Below, piece by piece: positions 46,181 through 54,987 of a stretch of DNA of 64,000 nt. Every line of letters starts with the position of its first letter. Position 1 is the stretch's first letter. Origin of the DNA: Marispirochaeta sp. (lineage in GTDB: Bacteria > Spirochaetota > Spirochaetia > JC444 > Marispirochaetaceae); contig CAXXFF010000002.1 of NCBI GenBank assembly GCA_963676835.2, positions 256,001 through 320,000 on the forward strand. Reading direction: 5' to 3'. Both the position numbers and the translations under genes were made by a program. The notes below the pieces were generated by a model, which worked only from the letters and a program-made list of their open reading frames with translations, was not told the DNA's origin and searched no databases.

Positions 46181-47470
46181 ATGAACCCAATAGCACAGGA
46201 ACTCAATGCGATCCTTCAGGGATCCGTATGTCCCGACCTTCTGTCGGATTTTGGCAAAAGATTCTACTTCCCCAAGGGGATAGCGCTCCAGTCCACCGAA
46301 GCATCCCAGCATGCCACCCGGTTCAATGCAACCATAGGCATGGCCTGCGCCGAAGGACACCCCATTGAGCTTGCAGGAATCAAGCATCATCTCCCTGAAC
46401 TCACCCCGACGGAAGCCGTCAGCTACGCTCCATCACCGGGGCTTCCTGCACTGCGCAAGAAATGGCAGAGCGAAATCTACCGCAAGAACCCGTCACTCAA
46501 ATCTGCCGAGCTCAGTCTTCCGGTGGTTGTACCGGGACTCACCGCCGGCATTACCCAGATTTCCGATCTCTTTGTAGACAAAGAGGACACCATTGTTATC
46601 CCCGACATGTTCTGGGGCAACTATCGGCTTATATTTGAAGTCCGCAGCGGCGGCAAAATTGTTACTTTCCCCTTCTACTCTAAAGATGGAAATCTCAATG
46701 TGGAAGGTTTTGTTGAAACCATGAGAGGATCCGCCCGAAACGGGAAAATCATGCTTGTGGTCAACTTCCCCAACAACCCCACAGGCTACTCTCCCACCCA
46801 GTCAGAAGCTGAAGCCCTGGCAGCAGCCATCAAGGGACTGGCTGAGGAAGGCTATAAAATCCTCACCGTCACCGATGATGCCTATTTCGGCCTTTTCTTC
46901 GAGGAAAACACCTTCAGGGAATCACTCTTCGCACTTCTGGCAGACAGACATCCCAATATTCTGGCAGTCAAGGTAGACGGCCCAACCAAAGAGGATTATC
47001 TCTGGGGATTCCGGGTAGGATTTGTAACCTTCGGCTCAAAGTCGATGAACACCGCCCAGTACGAGGCTTTGAACAAGAAGCTCGGCGGCGCCATCCGCGG
47101 CTCAATATCCAACTCATCAAGACCGGCCCAGAGTATTCTGCTCCACAGCCTCGGTCAGCCTGAGCATGAGCAGGAAAAAGCGGAGTGGGTAAAGGTTCTG
47201 AAAGAGCGTTACCTGAAGGTAAAGGAAATCCTTGCTACCAAAACCACCGGAAAGGAACTCTCTCCCCTGCCTTTTAATTCAGGCTATTTTATGGCTTTTG
47301 AATGCGGGAAGGTAGATGCGGAAGAACTCCGGCTGGAGCTGCTGCATAAAGAGGGCATCGGGACTATTTCCATCGGCTCTCTCCTGCGGGTTGCCTTTTC
47401 GGCTATTGATATTGAAGATCTGCAGGCCCTGTATGACAAAATTTTCGAGGTAGCCGACAGGCTCTCCTGA
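46181..47470 (+). CDS. Class I/II PLP-dependent aminotransferase
   Basis: NATIG, NFPNNPTGY, DDAYFG, DGPTKE..WGFRVG. Confidence 0.92.
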   Translation: MNPIAQELNAILQGSVCPDLLSDFGKRFYFPKGIALQSTEASQHATRFNATIGMACAEGHPIELAGIKHHLPELTPTEAVSYAPSPGLPALRKKWQSEIYRKNPSLKSAELSLPVVVPGLTAGITQISDLFVDKEDTIVIPDMFWGNYRLIFEVRSGGKIVTFPFYSKDGNLNVEGFVETMRGSARNGKIMLVVNFPNNPTGYSPTQSEAEALAAAIKGLAEEGYKILTVTDDAYFGLFFEENTFRESLFALLADRHPNILAVKVDGPTKEDYLWGFRVGFVTFGSKSMNTAQYEALNKKLGGAIRGSISNSSRPAQSILLHSLGQPEHEQEKAEWVKVLKERYLKVKEILATKTTGKELSPLPFNSGYFMAFECGKVDAEELRLELLHKEGIGTISIGSLLRVAFSAIDIEDLQALYDKIFEVADRLS

Positions 47471-47490
47471 TTACCGTTTCTGTTTATCAG

Positions 47491-48423
47491 TTAATCATCG
47501 GCAGGGAACCTGCTTCCCTGCCGTTCTCCTTTTAGCTCCATCAAACGAACAACTTCATCAGCAAACTGTCCCTTTGGAGGAACCCATAATGGCGCTCCCC
47601 GTCTGTCCGCGGGAGTATCACAGGTCATCCTCAACACTGCGGTGCCGGGATGAAGAAGCGGTATTGCCCGGGCAACATAGCCGGCATGCCGGGCAGGGGA
47701 AGGTACGGTAATCCTTCCTTTAAGATAATCATCAAACATCGGTGATGCCTGGGGAATATGCAGATTATGAAACTTGATCCCCTCCGGTTTTAACAACGCC
47801 ACCTGCCTGACACTTTCCATCATATCTGCTTCAGACTCACCGGGAAGACCGAAAATCAGATGGACCGCAATCTTGATTCCCTGATCCCGAAGCAAATCAA
47901 ACGCCCGAAAGAATACAGCACTGTCATGCCCCCGGTTTACCGCAGTGAGTGTTTTATCATGAACCGTCTGCAGCCCGAGCTCTACCCAGACATCAAAATC
48001 AGGACGGCGGTACGAAGCCAGCAGTTCCGCTTTTTCACGGTCTATCTCGTCGGGACGGGTAGAGACAATCAGCTCGCTGAAATTTCCAAGAGCAAGAGTC
48101 CTGTCGTACAGCTTCCTGAGTTCCGCAGGACTCCCCATGGTATTGGTGTAGGCCTGCAGGTAAAGAAGGAATACCTCCGCCTTATATCTGCGCTTTAAAA
48201 AGCTCAAGCCCCGCTCCACTTGCAGCGAAAGATGGTCGGGAAGCTCCTTGTCCAGGTAGACAGCTCTGGCGCCGGTACTTTCACAGTAGGTGCAGCCGTC
48301 GCCTCCACGGCCGTCCTGACGGTTCGGACAGGAAAAACCGGCATCAACCCCAATTCGGTAGGCCGGGCGGCCGTAGCGTCTCTTGAGGTAATCGGAATAA
48401 CTGAAGAAGGGAAGATCTGACAC
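47491..48423 (-). CDS. TIGR01212 (YhcC-family) radical SAM protein
   Basis: CPNRQDG...GCTYC, YLQAYTNT, STRPD, VELGLQT, RGH, HLIFGLPGE, GIKFHNL. Confidence 0.93.
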   Translation of the reverse strand: MSDLPFFSYSDYLKRRYGRPAYRIGVDAGFSCPNRQDGRGGDGCTYCESTGARAVYLDKELPDHLSLQVERGLSFLKRRYKAEVFLLYLQAYTNTMGSPAELRKLYDRTLALGNFSELIVSTRPDEIDREKAELLASYRRPDFDVWVELGLQTVHDKTLTAVNRGHDSAVFFRAFDLLRDQGIKIAVHLIFGLPGESEADMMESVRQVALLKPEGIKFHNLHIPQASPMFDDYLKGRITVPSPARHAGYVARAIPLLHPGTAVLRMTCDTPADRRGAPLWVPPKGQFADEVVRLMELKGERQGSRFPADD

Positions 48424-48432
48424 GGATGGCTA

Positions 48433-48484
48433 ACCATACTCCAGCTGCAACGGCGTTGACAAGGGCAGATCAACTCCGTACTGT
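48433..48484. promoter_or_regulatory. Overlapping divergent promoters sharing one -35 region
   Basis: Plus strand: TTGACA(48456)-17-TACTGT-6-ATG. Minus strand: TTGTCA-18-TATGGT-9-GTG. Confidence 0.65.
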
Positions 48485-48490
48485 GCAAGA

Positions 48491-49732
48491 ATGAAAAACT
48501 TCCGCTGCAAAGCCTTTCTCCTTATACTGTCGGCAATTGCCCTTGTTACCGGATGCGAACGGTTTTCATCCGAACCGGCAGTTCTCTGGACCAGCAACGA
48601 GGAGTTCACTGCCTATGCAGAAATTTTCAATACACTGCAGTCGGAATACAAGATTTCCGTGGTCTACGAAGAGAATCCCGCCCTGGCAATTCGCCGGGCC
48701 GACTCTGCGCCAGACATTGTTATAGGCTCTTTCCTTAACGACCGTAAAACCTTTCCCCTGTTTCAATCTCTCGAAAAACTGACAGAGCAGGAAAAACTGA
48801 ACAGGGACATTTTTTATCCGGGAATACTTAAACTGGGAACATTTGAAGAAAAGCTGACGGTTATTCCCGTCTCCTTCTCTATTCCCGCCTTCATGTTTCC
48901 CGACGGGTACCCCGGCATAGAGAGCTTTGCCCTCTCCCTGGACGATATCCGGGAAATGGCCTCCCGGTTTTCCGAAGAGGAATCCTCCCGTACCGTAATG
49001 GCTTACTCACCCCGCTGGAATATGGATGCAGCCTTTACCCATTTACGGCTTTTTAATACCAGTTTCCAGGAGACAACATCCGGAGCTCTTGTCTGGAACA
49101 GCGAATCTCTTAACGAGGGACTGGACTATATGCGCTCATGGATAACGGAGATCAACGGCGGCTGGGATGCGGATACGGAATTCATCGAAAAATTCATGTA
49201 CGACCCGCCCTATAAACTGGTCCGTTCCGGACGGATTTTGTTTGCCTACAGTCAGATTGACGACTATTTCCGCATTCCCTCATCAATACGGGAAGGCCTG
49301 GATTTCCGCTGGTTGAGCCATGAAGAAAAAATTCCTGTTCAGGAAGATATCCTGTTTGCCGGCATTCCTAAATCCGCCAGGCGAATAAACGCTGCCCGGG
49401 CCTTTATCAGTTGGCTGTTCAAACCGGAAACACAGGCGGAACTCCTGGCCGAAAGTCAGTACAAGAGAATGCGTCATTTCGGGTTTGCCGGGGGCTTTTC
49501 ATCTCTCCCCCTGGTCAATGAAGTTGAACTGCCCAAACACTTCCCCGAACTCGTGGGCCATGTACCCCCCGGAGAATACCTCAGCTATCCCCAGGCACTG
49601 CCGGATATCTGGGCAGCCCTGAAGCAGGAGGGAATCTTTCCCTGGATCAGGTCAAAACTGCAGGCGGAACCGGATTCCCGGCCACTGGAAGAGAGCATAG
49701 AACGCTGGATGAACCAGCAGCCCCAGCGTTGA
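48491..49732 (+). CDS. Extracellular solute-binding lipoprotein (sugar-binding family-like)
   Basis: Lipobox VTGC; PDIVIG, IPVSFSIP, AARAFISWLFKPETQ. Confidence 0.72.
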   Translation: MKNFRCKAFLLILSAIALVTGCERFSSEPAVLWTSNEEFTAYAEIFNTLQSEYKISVVYEENPALAIRRADSAPDIVIGSFLNDRKTFPLFQSLEKLTEQEKLNRDIFYPGILKLGTFEEKLTVIPVSFSIPAFMFPDGYPGIESFALSLDDIREMASRFSEEESSRTVMAYSPRWNMDAAFTHLRLFNTSFQETTSGALVWNSESLNEGLDYMRSWITEINGGWDADTEFIEKFMYDPPYKLVRSGRILFAYSQIDDYFRIPSSIREGLDFRWLSHEEKIPVQEDILFAGIPKSARRINAARAFISWLFKPETQAELLAESQYKRMRHFGFAGGFSSLPLVNEVELPKHFPELVGHVPPGEYLSYPQALPDIWAALKQEGIFPWIRSKLQAEPDSRPLEESIERWMNQQPQR

Positions 49733-49734
49733 CC

Positions 49735-50298
49735 CTATCCTTTTTGACCAAGGGCTTTCAGGGTTTTAAAAGTCTCCCCCTCTTCCCGCCAGGTATAACA
49801 GCTGTCTTTTATGAACCCTGCCGTTCGCCTGGCCCGTTCAGCCTTTTCATCTGCTCCGGTAATTTCATCATCCTGGATAGCCCAGAACCCCTGAACCAGG
49901 GCTGACGCCATGGTACTCAGAAGATGAACAAGGTGGGTACAGCCGGTTTTTCCCCCGCCGATATTGCGCACTTCCCGGGTAAATCCTCCCTTCACAGAGA
50001 GCCCCACAACCCCGTCAAGTACATGCCCCACAGACCAGCAGTCTTCCCGGGGTACAGTGTTCAGAAACACCTCAATATCCTTTATCACCAGACCGGCTTT
50101 TGATACCAGCAGGTGAATCTCAAGATCATGCAGGGGACCGGCTTTTTTGATCTCTCCGGTAAAACTGCGGGACTCTCTGCAGCGGAGATCCAGAAACCTT
50201 CCGGTCACGGCAAAACGCTCTTTATCAACATTATAGATATTCATATCGATGGTGCGGCGGTGATATTTTTCTCCGGCCATGTCCATAATTCTTCCCAT
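49735..50298 (-). CDS. DUF2889 family protein
   Basis: HRR.I, LHD, P...C, GG..GCTHL..L, DSC..W. Confidence 0.85.
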   Translation of the reverse strand: MGRIMDMAGEKYHRRTIDMNIYNVDKERFAVTGRFLDLRCRESRSFTGEIKKAGPLHDLEIHLLVSKAGLVIKDIEVFLNTVPREDCWSVGHVLDGVVGLSVKGGFTREVRNIGGGKTGCTHLVHLLSTMASALVQGFWAIQDDEITGADEKAERARRTAGFIKDSCYTWREEGETFKTLKALGQKG

Positions 50299-50499
50299 GC
50301 CCGGTATAGTACACCAGAGAGGCCTGGGGGAACCATTCCTGCAGGTTTAAAAACCGCAAAAGGAGAAAGTCCCGCCGCCTCCCCCTCCCCGAACAGATTT
50401 CAGACTCAGATAACAAAGCAGGATCAACTGGTTTTGCATTGACAGAAGAATTATTCAGGTCTACCCTAGAGGCATAAGATAATTTCATTGGAGGCTTCT

Positions 50500-51597
50500 A
50501 TGGCTACCGTAGAGCTCAAAAACATCGTAAAAGTATACGATGGCAATGTTCGCGCCGTTGATAACGCGAACATTACAGTAAACGACCAGGAATTCCTGGT
50601 TCTTGTCGGCCCCTCAGGATGTGGAAAAACCACTACACTTCGAATGATCGCAGGACTGGAGGACATTACCTCAGGAGAACTCTCCATTGACGGTAAAGTC
50701 GTTAATGATGTCCCGCCCAAGGATAGGGATATCGCCATGGTTTTTCAGAACTATGCCCTCTATCCCCATATGTCGGTCTACGACAATATGGCGTTCGGCC
50801 TGAAGATCAGAAAATTTCCCAAAGAAGAAATTGAAGCCCGGGTAAAAGAAGCAGCCCAGATTCTGGATATCGAAGAGCTGCTGGACCGCAAACCCAAGGC
50901 TCTTTCCGGAGGTCAGCGTCAGCGCGTTGCCGTAGGCCGGGCCATTGTCAGAAAACCCAAGGTATTCCTCTTCGATGAACCTCTTTCCAATCTGGATGCA
51001 AAACTCCGGGTACAGATGAGAGCGGAAATCTCCGGACTCCACAGCCGGCTGAAGGCCACCATGGTGTACGTAACCCACGATCAGGTGGAAGCCATGACCA
51101 TGGCGGATAAAATAGTTGTTATGAAAGGAGGCCTTATCCAGCAGATCGGCAGCCCCCTTACCCTCTATAACGAACCGGCCAACCGCTTTGTGGCCGGGTT
51201 TATCGGTTCTCCACCCATGAACTTCTGCAATGTTTCCATCCGCGAGGAAGGAGGAAAGCTCATTGCCGATGAAGGCAGTTTTACCCTTGAAATCAACGGC
51301 CGCTACGCGGAAAGCCTGAAGGCCTATACCGGTAAAGATGTGACCTTTGGAATACGCCCGGAAGACCTGCACCCCGCTGAGAGCAAAGGACCATCGGTAA
51401 TCAGTGCCAGTGCCGAGGTTATAGAGCCTCTGGGAGCAGAAACCCACCTCTATATAAAAACCTCCAGGCACTCCCTTATTGCCAAGGTTCCGCCTACAGT
51501 ACATCCCGCCGTCGGCGATGAGGTCCTTTTCAGCCCGGATATGAATAAAGCCCTTTTCTTCGATCTGGAAAACGAAAAGACCATCCCCTATTCCTGA
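50500..51597 (+). CDS. Sugar ABC transporter ATP-binding protein (MsmX/MalK/UgpC family)
   Basis: GPSGCGKTT, MVFQNYALYPHM, LSGGQRQR, FDEPLSNLDAKLR, TOBE tail; start ATG 50500 after GGAGG. Confidence 0.95.
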   Translation: MATVELKNIVKVYDGNVRAVDNANITVNDQEFLVLVGPSGCGKTTTLRMIAGLEDITSGELSIDGKVVNDVPPKDRDIAMVFQNYALYPHMSVYDNMAFGLKIRKFPKEEIEARVKEAAQILDIEELLDRKPKALSGGQRQRVAVGRAIVRKPKVFLFDEPLSNLDAKLRVQMRAEISGLHSRLKATMVYVTHDQVEAMTMADKIVVMKGGLIQQIGSPLTLYNEPANRFVAGFIGSPPMNFCNVSIREEGGKLIADEGSFTLEINGRYAESLKAYTGKDVTFGIRPEDLHPAESKGPSVISASAEVIEPLGAETHLYIKTSRHSLIAKVPPTVHPAVGDEVLFSPDMNKALFFDLENEKTIPYS

Positions 51598-51618
51598 TAA
51601 GCAATAAAAAATTCCCTG

Positions 51619-51649
51619 AGCCGGCCATTCCCGTGGCCGGCTTTTTTTT
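51619..51649 (+). terminator. Rho-independent terminator
   Basis: AGCCGGCCA-ttcccg-TGGCCGGCT followed by a T run. Confidence 0.9.
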
Positions 51650-51710
51650 AAGCAGAACTGAAAAAACCTTATCGTTGATTTCACCTTTATCCTGCCCTAT
51701 AATGTTTTTT

Positions 51711-53498
51711 GTGAAAGTACTCAACGATGCATCTAAAACAGACCTGCAGAAAAAGCTCACCGACCTGATTAACGATACAGAGGTGACCTATACATCTCTT
51801 GCCGAGATCTACCCGAAACTGCTGGAAGAAGTGAATAACGGCTTTGCCCGCTCAGACCAGCAGATAAGCCTTATAGCTGCGGAAGGCGGAAACGGACTTG
51901 ATGCCCTGCATATGATCATGGATAAAGCCCGGCTGTGTATTGAAAATGCCCACAGCAGCTTCAATGATCTCAGTACCGAAGATGCCCGTCTTCTGAATAT
52001 TCTGAAAGAGAGCATCGGGCGGCTGGATATCCTGGAGGAGCTGATAAACAGCATTACCTTCAACACGGAAGAGATGGAACTTATTTCTCTTAATGCCATG
52101 GTGGTAGCCCTTAAAGCGGGTCATGAGGGAGGCGGCTTCTCCCATGTGACCGATGAGCTTCGCCGAATATCCGGCCGCACAATTAACGATGCGAAACTCC
52201 TGACCCAGGAAGGAAAACAGATTCAGGCTTATTTCGAAGAAGTACAGACCACAGCGGATACTATTTCAAGTCAGCAGGATGCTATCTTCAGCCGGTTCGG
52301 CATGAAACTCTTCGAGCATTTTAAAACCATCGAAGACCGGCTGACAGCAATCGTTAACTTCTTTACCGAACTTCGCAGCCGGGCTGAAGATATCCAGAAC
52401 TCTCTCTATACCATAATGGAAGCCATTCAGGCACAGGATCTTATTCGGCAAACAATAGACCATATAAAACTAACCCTGGAAAAAGTTCAGGATATTGAGG
52501 AACACAGTACAGATCAGGAGAATCTGATTCTGGATGAATATACCTTTCTTGAGCAGGTAGCCAATCTGGGGGCATTTCTTCTTGAGAATATCTCCGGAAC
52601 CATTCTGGAAAACCATGAGACCTTTCTTTCCGGAATTCATAAAATCCGTCAAACCGTAGAAAAAATAGAAAACGAACGTGACTCTTTTGTAACCCGCCAG
52701 ATTGAAGGAGGGAATTATGAGAGAGGCATAAGCCAGCTGCTGATGGAATCCGAAGAAGAGCTGGGAATAATGCTCCGGGACACCCGTAAGGTTCCAAAGC
52801 TGAAACAGACCATGCGTACAGCAAACAGCTCATTTATAGGACGCATTCAGGGGCTGGAAGAAGGCTTTCAGAGTTTCGCCAATCAGATAGGCAGATTCCG
52901 TAATATAAACATTGCTGCCCGGATCGAAGTGGCTAAACGACAGATTCTCAAAGGCATGGAAGCCACGGTACACGAAATGAGGGAACTTACAGACAGCATT
53001 TTCAGTTCTGTTGAACAGGCCCTTGGCACTACCACCGAGTTTATCGAATCTGCCCAGGAGGCAGAAACAGGCTTCAAGGCATCGTACAGGAAAGAAACCG
53101 ATCTGGTTGAAACATTTACCTCTGATATTCAGCAGCTGTATGGAAAACTCAAGGATACTAATGATGAAATAGTATCCACCATGCGGGGTTTCTCTCTATT
53201 CACCTACCAGTTTCGGGAACTTTGTGATGTAACCGAGCATAGTGCAGAAAATCTCAGAGCCCTGAGCATGAAAGCCCGGGGAATAATGGAACTCTTTGAA
53301 AAAACTGCCAGGAACGCCGCGGCCCGGAAAGAACAGATTATGAAAGAACGGGGCATTGAGACATGGGAGATCCACGAACAGAGGCTGCAGGAAACCGTTC
53401 AGGAGTTCACCATCTATGCCCATAAAGCAAGGGCGGGAGAAATTGCCGGATTTACCGTGGAAGAGGGAACCACCGAGGGAGATGTAACCTTCTTCTGA
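51711..53498 (+). CDS. Soluble, divergent chemoreceptor-like coiled-coil protein
   Basis: LISLNAMVVALKAGHEGGGFSHVTDELRRIS resembles the MCP hairpin; no TM segments; promoter TTGATT-17-TATAAT-7-GTG sets the start at 51711. Confidence 0.7.
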   Translation: MKVLNDASKTDLQKKLTDLINDTEVTYTSLAEIYPKLLEEVNNGFARSDQQISLIAAEGGNGLDALHMIMDKARLCIENAHSSFNDLSTEDARLLNILKESIGRLDILEELINSITFNTEEMELISLNAMVVALKAGHEGGGFSHVTDELRRISGRTINDAKLLTQEGKQIQAYFEEVQTTADTISSQQDAIFSRFGMKLFEHFKTIEDRLTAIVNFFTELRSRAEDIQNSLYTIMEAIQAQDLIRQTIDHIKLTLEKVQDIEEHSTDQENLILDEYTFLEQVANLGAFLLENISGTILENHETFLSGIHKIRQTVEKIENERDSFVTRQIEGGNYERGISQLLMESEEELGIMLRDTRKVPKLKQTMRTANSSFIGRIQGLEEGFQSFANQIGRFRNINIAARIEVAKRQILKGMEATVHEMRELTDSIFSSVEQALGTTTEFIESAQEAETGFKASYRKETDLVETFTSDIQQLYGKLKDTNDEIVSTMRGFSLFTYQFRELCDVTEHSAENLRALSMKARGIMELFEKTARNAAARKEQIMKERGIETWEIHEQRLQETVQEFTIYAHKARAGEIAGFTVEEGTTEGDVTFF

Positions 53499-53573
53499 TA
53501 CCTGCTTGACAAGAGCAGTCAGTCACGCCTAGGATTGCTCACAGACAGTGTCAGATAGAATCAAGGAGTCCCT

Positions 53574-54896
53574 ATGAAACGCCCTGCGGCCGTGGCAATA
53601 CTCGGATGCGGTACCGTTGGCGGTGCAACCGCCGAGCTGCTGGTAAAAGAACAGGATAATCTAAAGAAAAAAACCGGAACAGAGATAGAACTTCGCTATA
53701 TTGTCGATAAAGATTTCTCCCACGCAAAAAAACTCAACCTCGATCCTTCTCTTTTTACAGAGGACCTCGATAAGGCCCTGGCAGACCCGGATGTTGCCGT
53801 GGTAGTTGAACTTATCGGAGGCACAGGAATCGCGAAAACCCTTACGGAAAAGATACTCCGGGCCGGAAAGAAGGTTGTTACCGCCAATAAAGCTCTTCTG
53901 GCAAAGCATGGTGTGGAGCTTATGTCCATTGCCCGCGAGTCCGGAAGCTCAATCTCTTTTGAAGCCTCCTGCGGCGGTGGGATTCCCATCATCCGCGCCC
54001 TGTATGACGGGATCCTTGCCAACCGTATCGATGCCTTTTACGGTATTGTAAACGGAACCTGCAACTATATCCTCACCGAGATGATACAGAAGGGAAACAG
54101 CTATGATGTAGCCCTTAAAGAGGCCCAGGCCGACGGCCTTGCAGAAGCAGACCCTACCCTGGATGTTACCGGAGGGGATTCTGCCCATAAGCTTGCAATC
54201 ATGTCCTCCCTCGCGTTCTCTCAGCAGGTCAACCTCGATGAGATTCCCACCGGCGGAATAGATAACCTGAAGCTTACTGATCTCAATTTCGGCAAAGAGC
54301 TTGGATACGTGGTCAAACTGCTTGCCATTGCACAAAGCAACGGCGACGGGCTCTCTTTACGGGTACGCCCTGCTTTTATCTCAACCGAGCATCCTCTGGC
54401 CTGGGTTTCCGGCCCCTTTAATGCTGTAAGCGTATACGGTCACGCCGTAGGACACACCATGTATTACGGCCGGGGTGCCGGAGGTAGCCCCACCGCAAGC
54501 GCTGTAGTTGCGGATGTTATTTCCGCTTGTCTTGGAACAGCAGACCTGCTTTTCAACAGCCTGAACATCTGGCCAGACCGTACAGCCCCGGCTTCCCAGC
54601 TTGCTCCGGAAGAGACAATTGGACGATTCTATGTCCGTCTTATGGTTGAAGACAAACCCGGAACCTTTGCCCGAATTGCCGATATATTCGGCAAGAACAA
54701 TATTTCCCTCTCTTCGGTTCTGCAGAAGGAACCCCATCAGAACAGACCGGATGTTCTTCCGGTGGTAATAACCACCCATAGTGTCCGTGAAGGCGACCTG
54801 AGGGCTGCCCTTGCCGCTCTGGAGAACCTGCCGGTGGTTAAAGAACCTGCAGTCTGCATAGAAATTCTTGACGAACACGAAGAAGAATTCGCATAA
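53574..54896 (+). CDS. hom: Homoserine dehydrogenase with C-terminal ACT domain
   Basis: GCGTVG, VVTANKA, FEASCGGGIP, GIVNGTCNYIL, AEADPTLDV.G.D, DKPG ACT. Confidence 0.96.
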   Translation: MKRPAAVAILGCGTVGGATAELLVKEQDNLKKKTGTEIELRYIVDKDFSHAKKLNLDPSLFTEDLDKALADPDVAVVVELIGGTGIAKTLTEKILRAGKKVVTANKALLAKHGVELMSIARESGSSISFEASCGGGIPIIRALYDGILANRIDAFYGIVNGTCNYILTEMIQKGNSYDVALKEAQADGLAEADPTLDVTGGDSAHKLAIMSSLAFSQQVNLDEIPTGGIDNLKLTDLNFGKELGYVVKLLAIAQSNGDGLSLRVRPAFISTEHPLAWVSGPFNAVSVYGHAVGHTMYYGRGAGGSPTASAVVADVISACLGTADLLFNSLNIWPDRTAPASQLAPEETIGRFYVRLMVEDKPGTFARIADIFGKNNISLSSVLQKEPHQNRPDVLPVVITTHSVREGDLRAALAALENLPVVKEPAVCIEILDEHEEEFA

Positions 54897-54987
54897 CAAC
54901 AAAAGTTTGATTATTATTACATAAATCATTATGCGTTGCCCCGGCGGCCGGTTCGGCCGTCCATGGCACGGCTACCGGAGGTAGAGC

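Noticed and set aside
50671..51684. 337-aa minus-strand ORF
   Set aside because: Antisense shadow of the conserved MsmX/MalK gene.
51633..51710. ORF-track start of the MCP-like gene
   Set aside because: It begins inside the upstream terminator and spans the promoter; GTG 51711 fits better.
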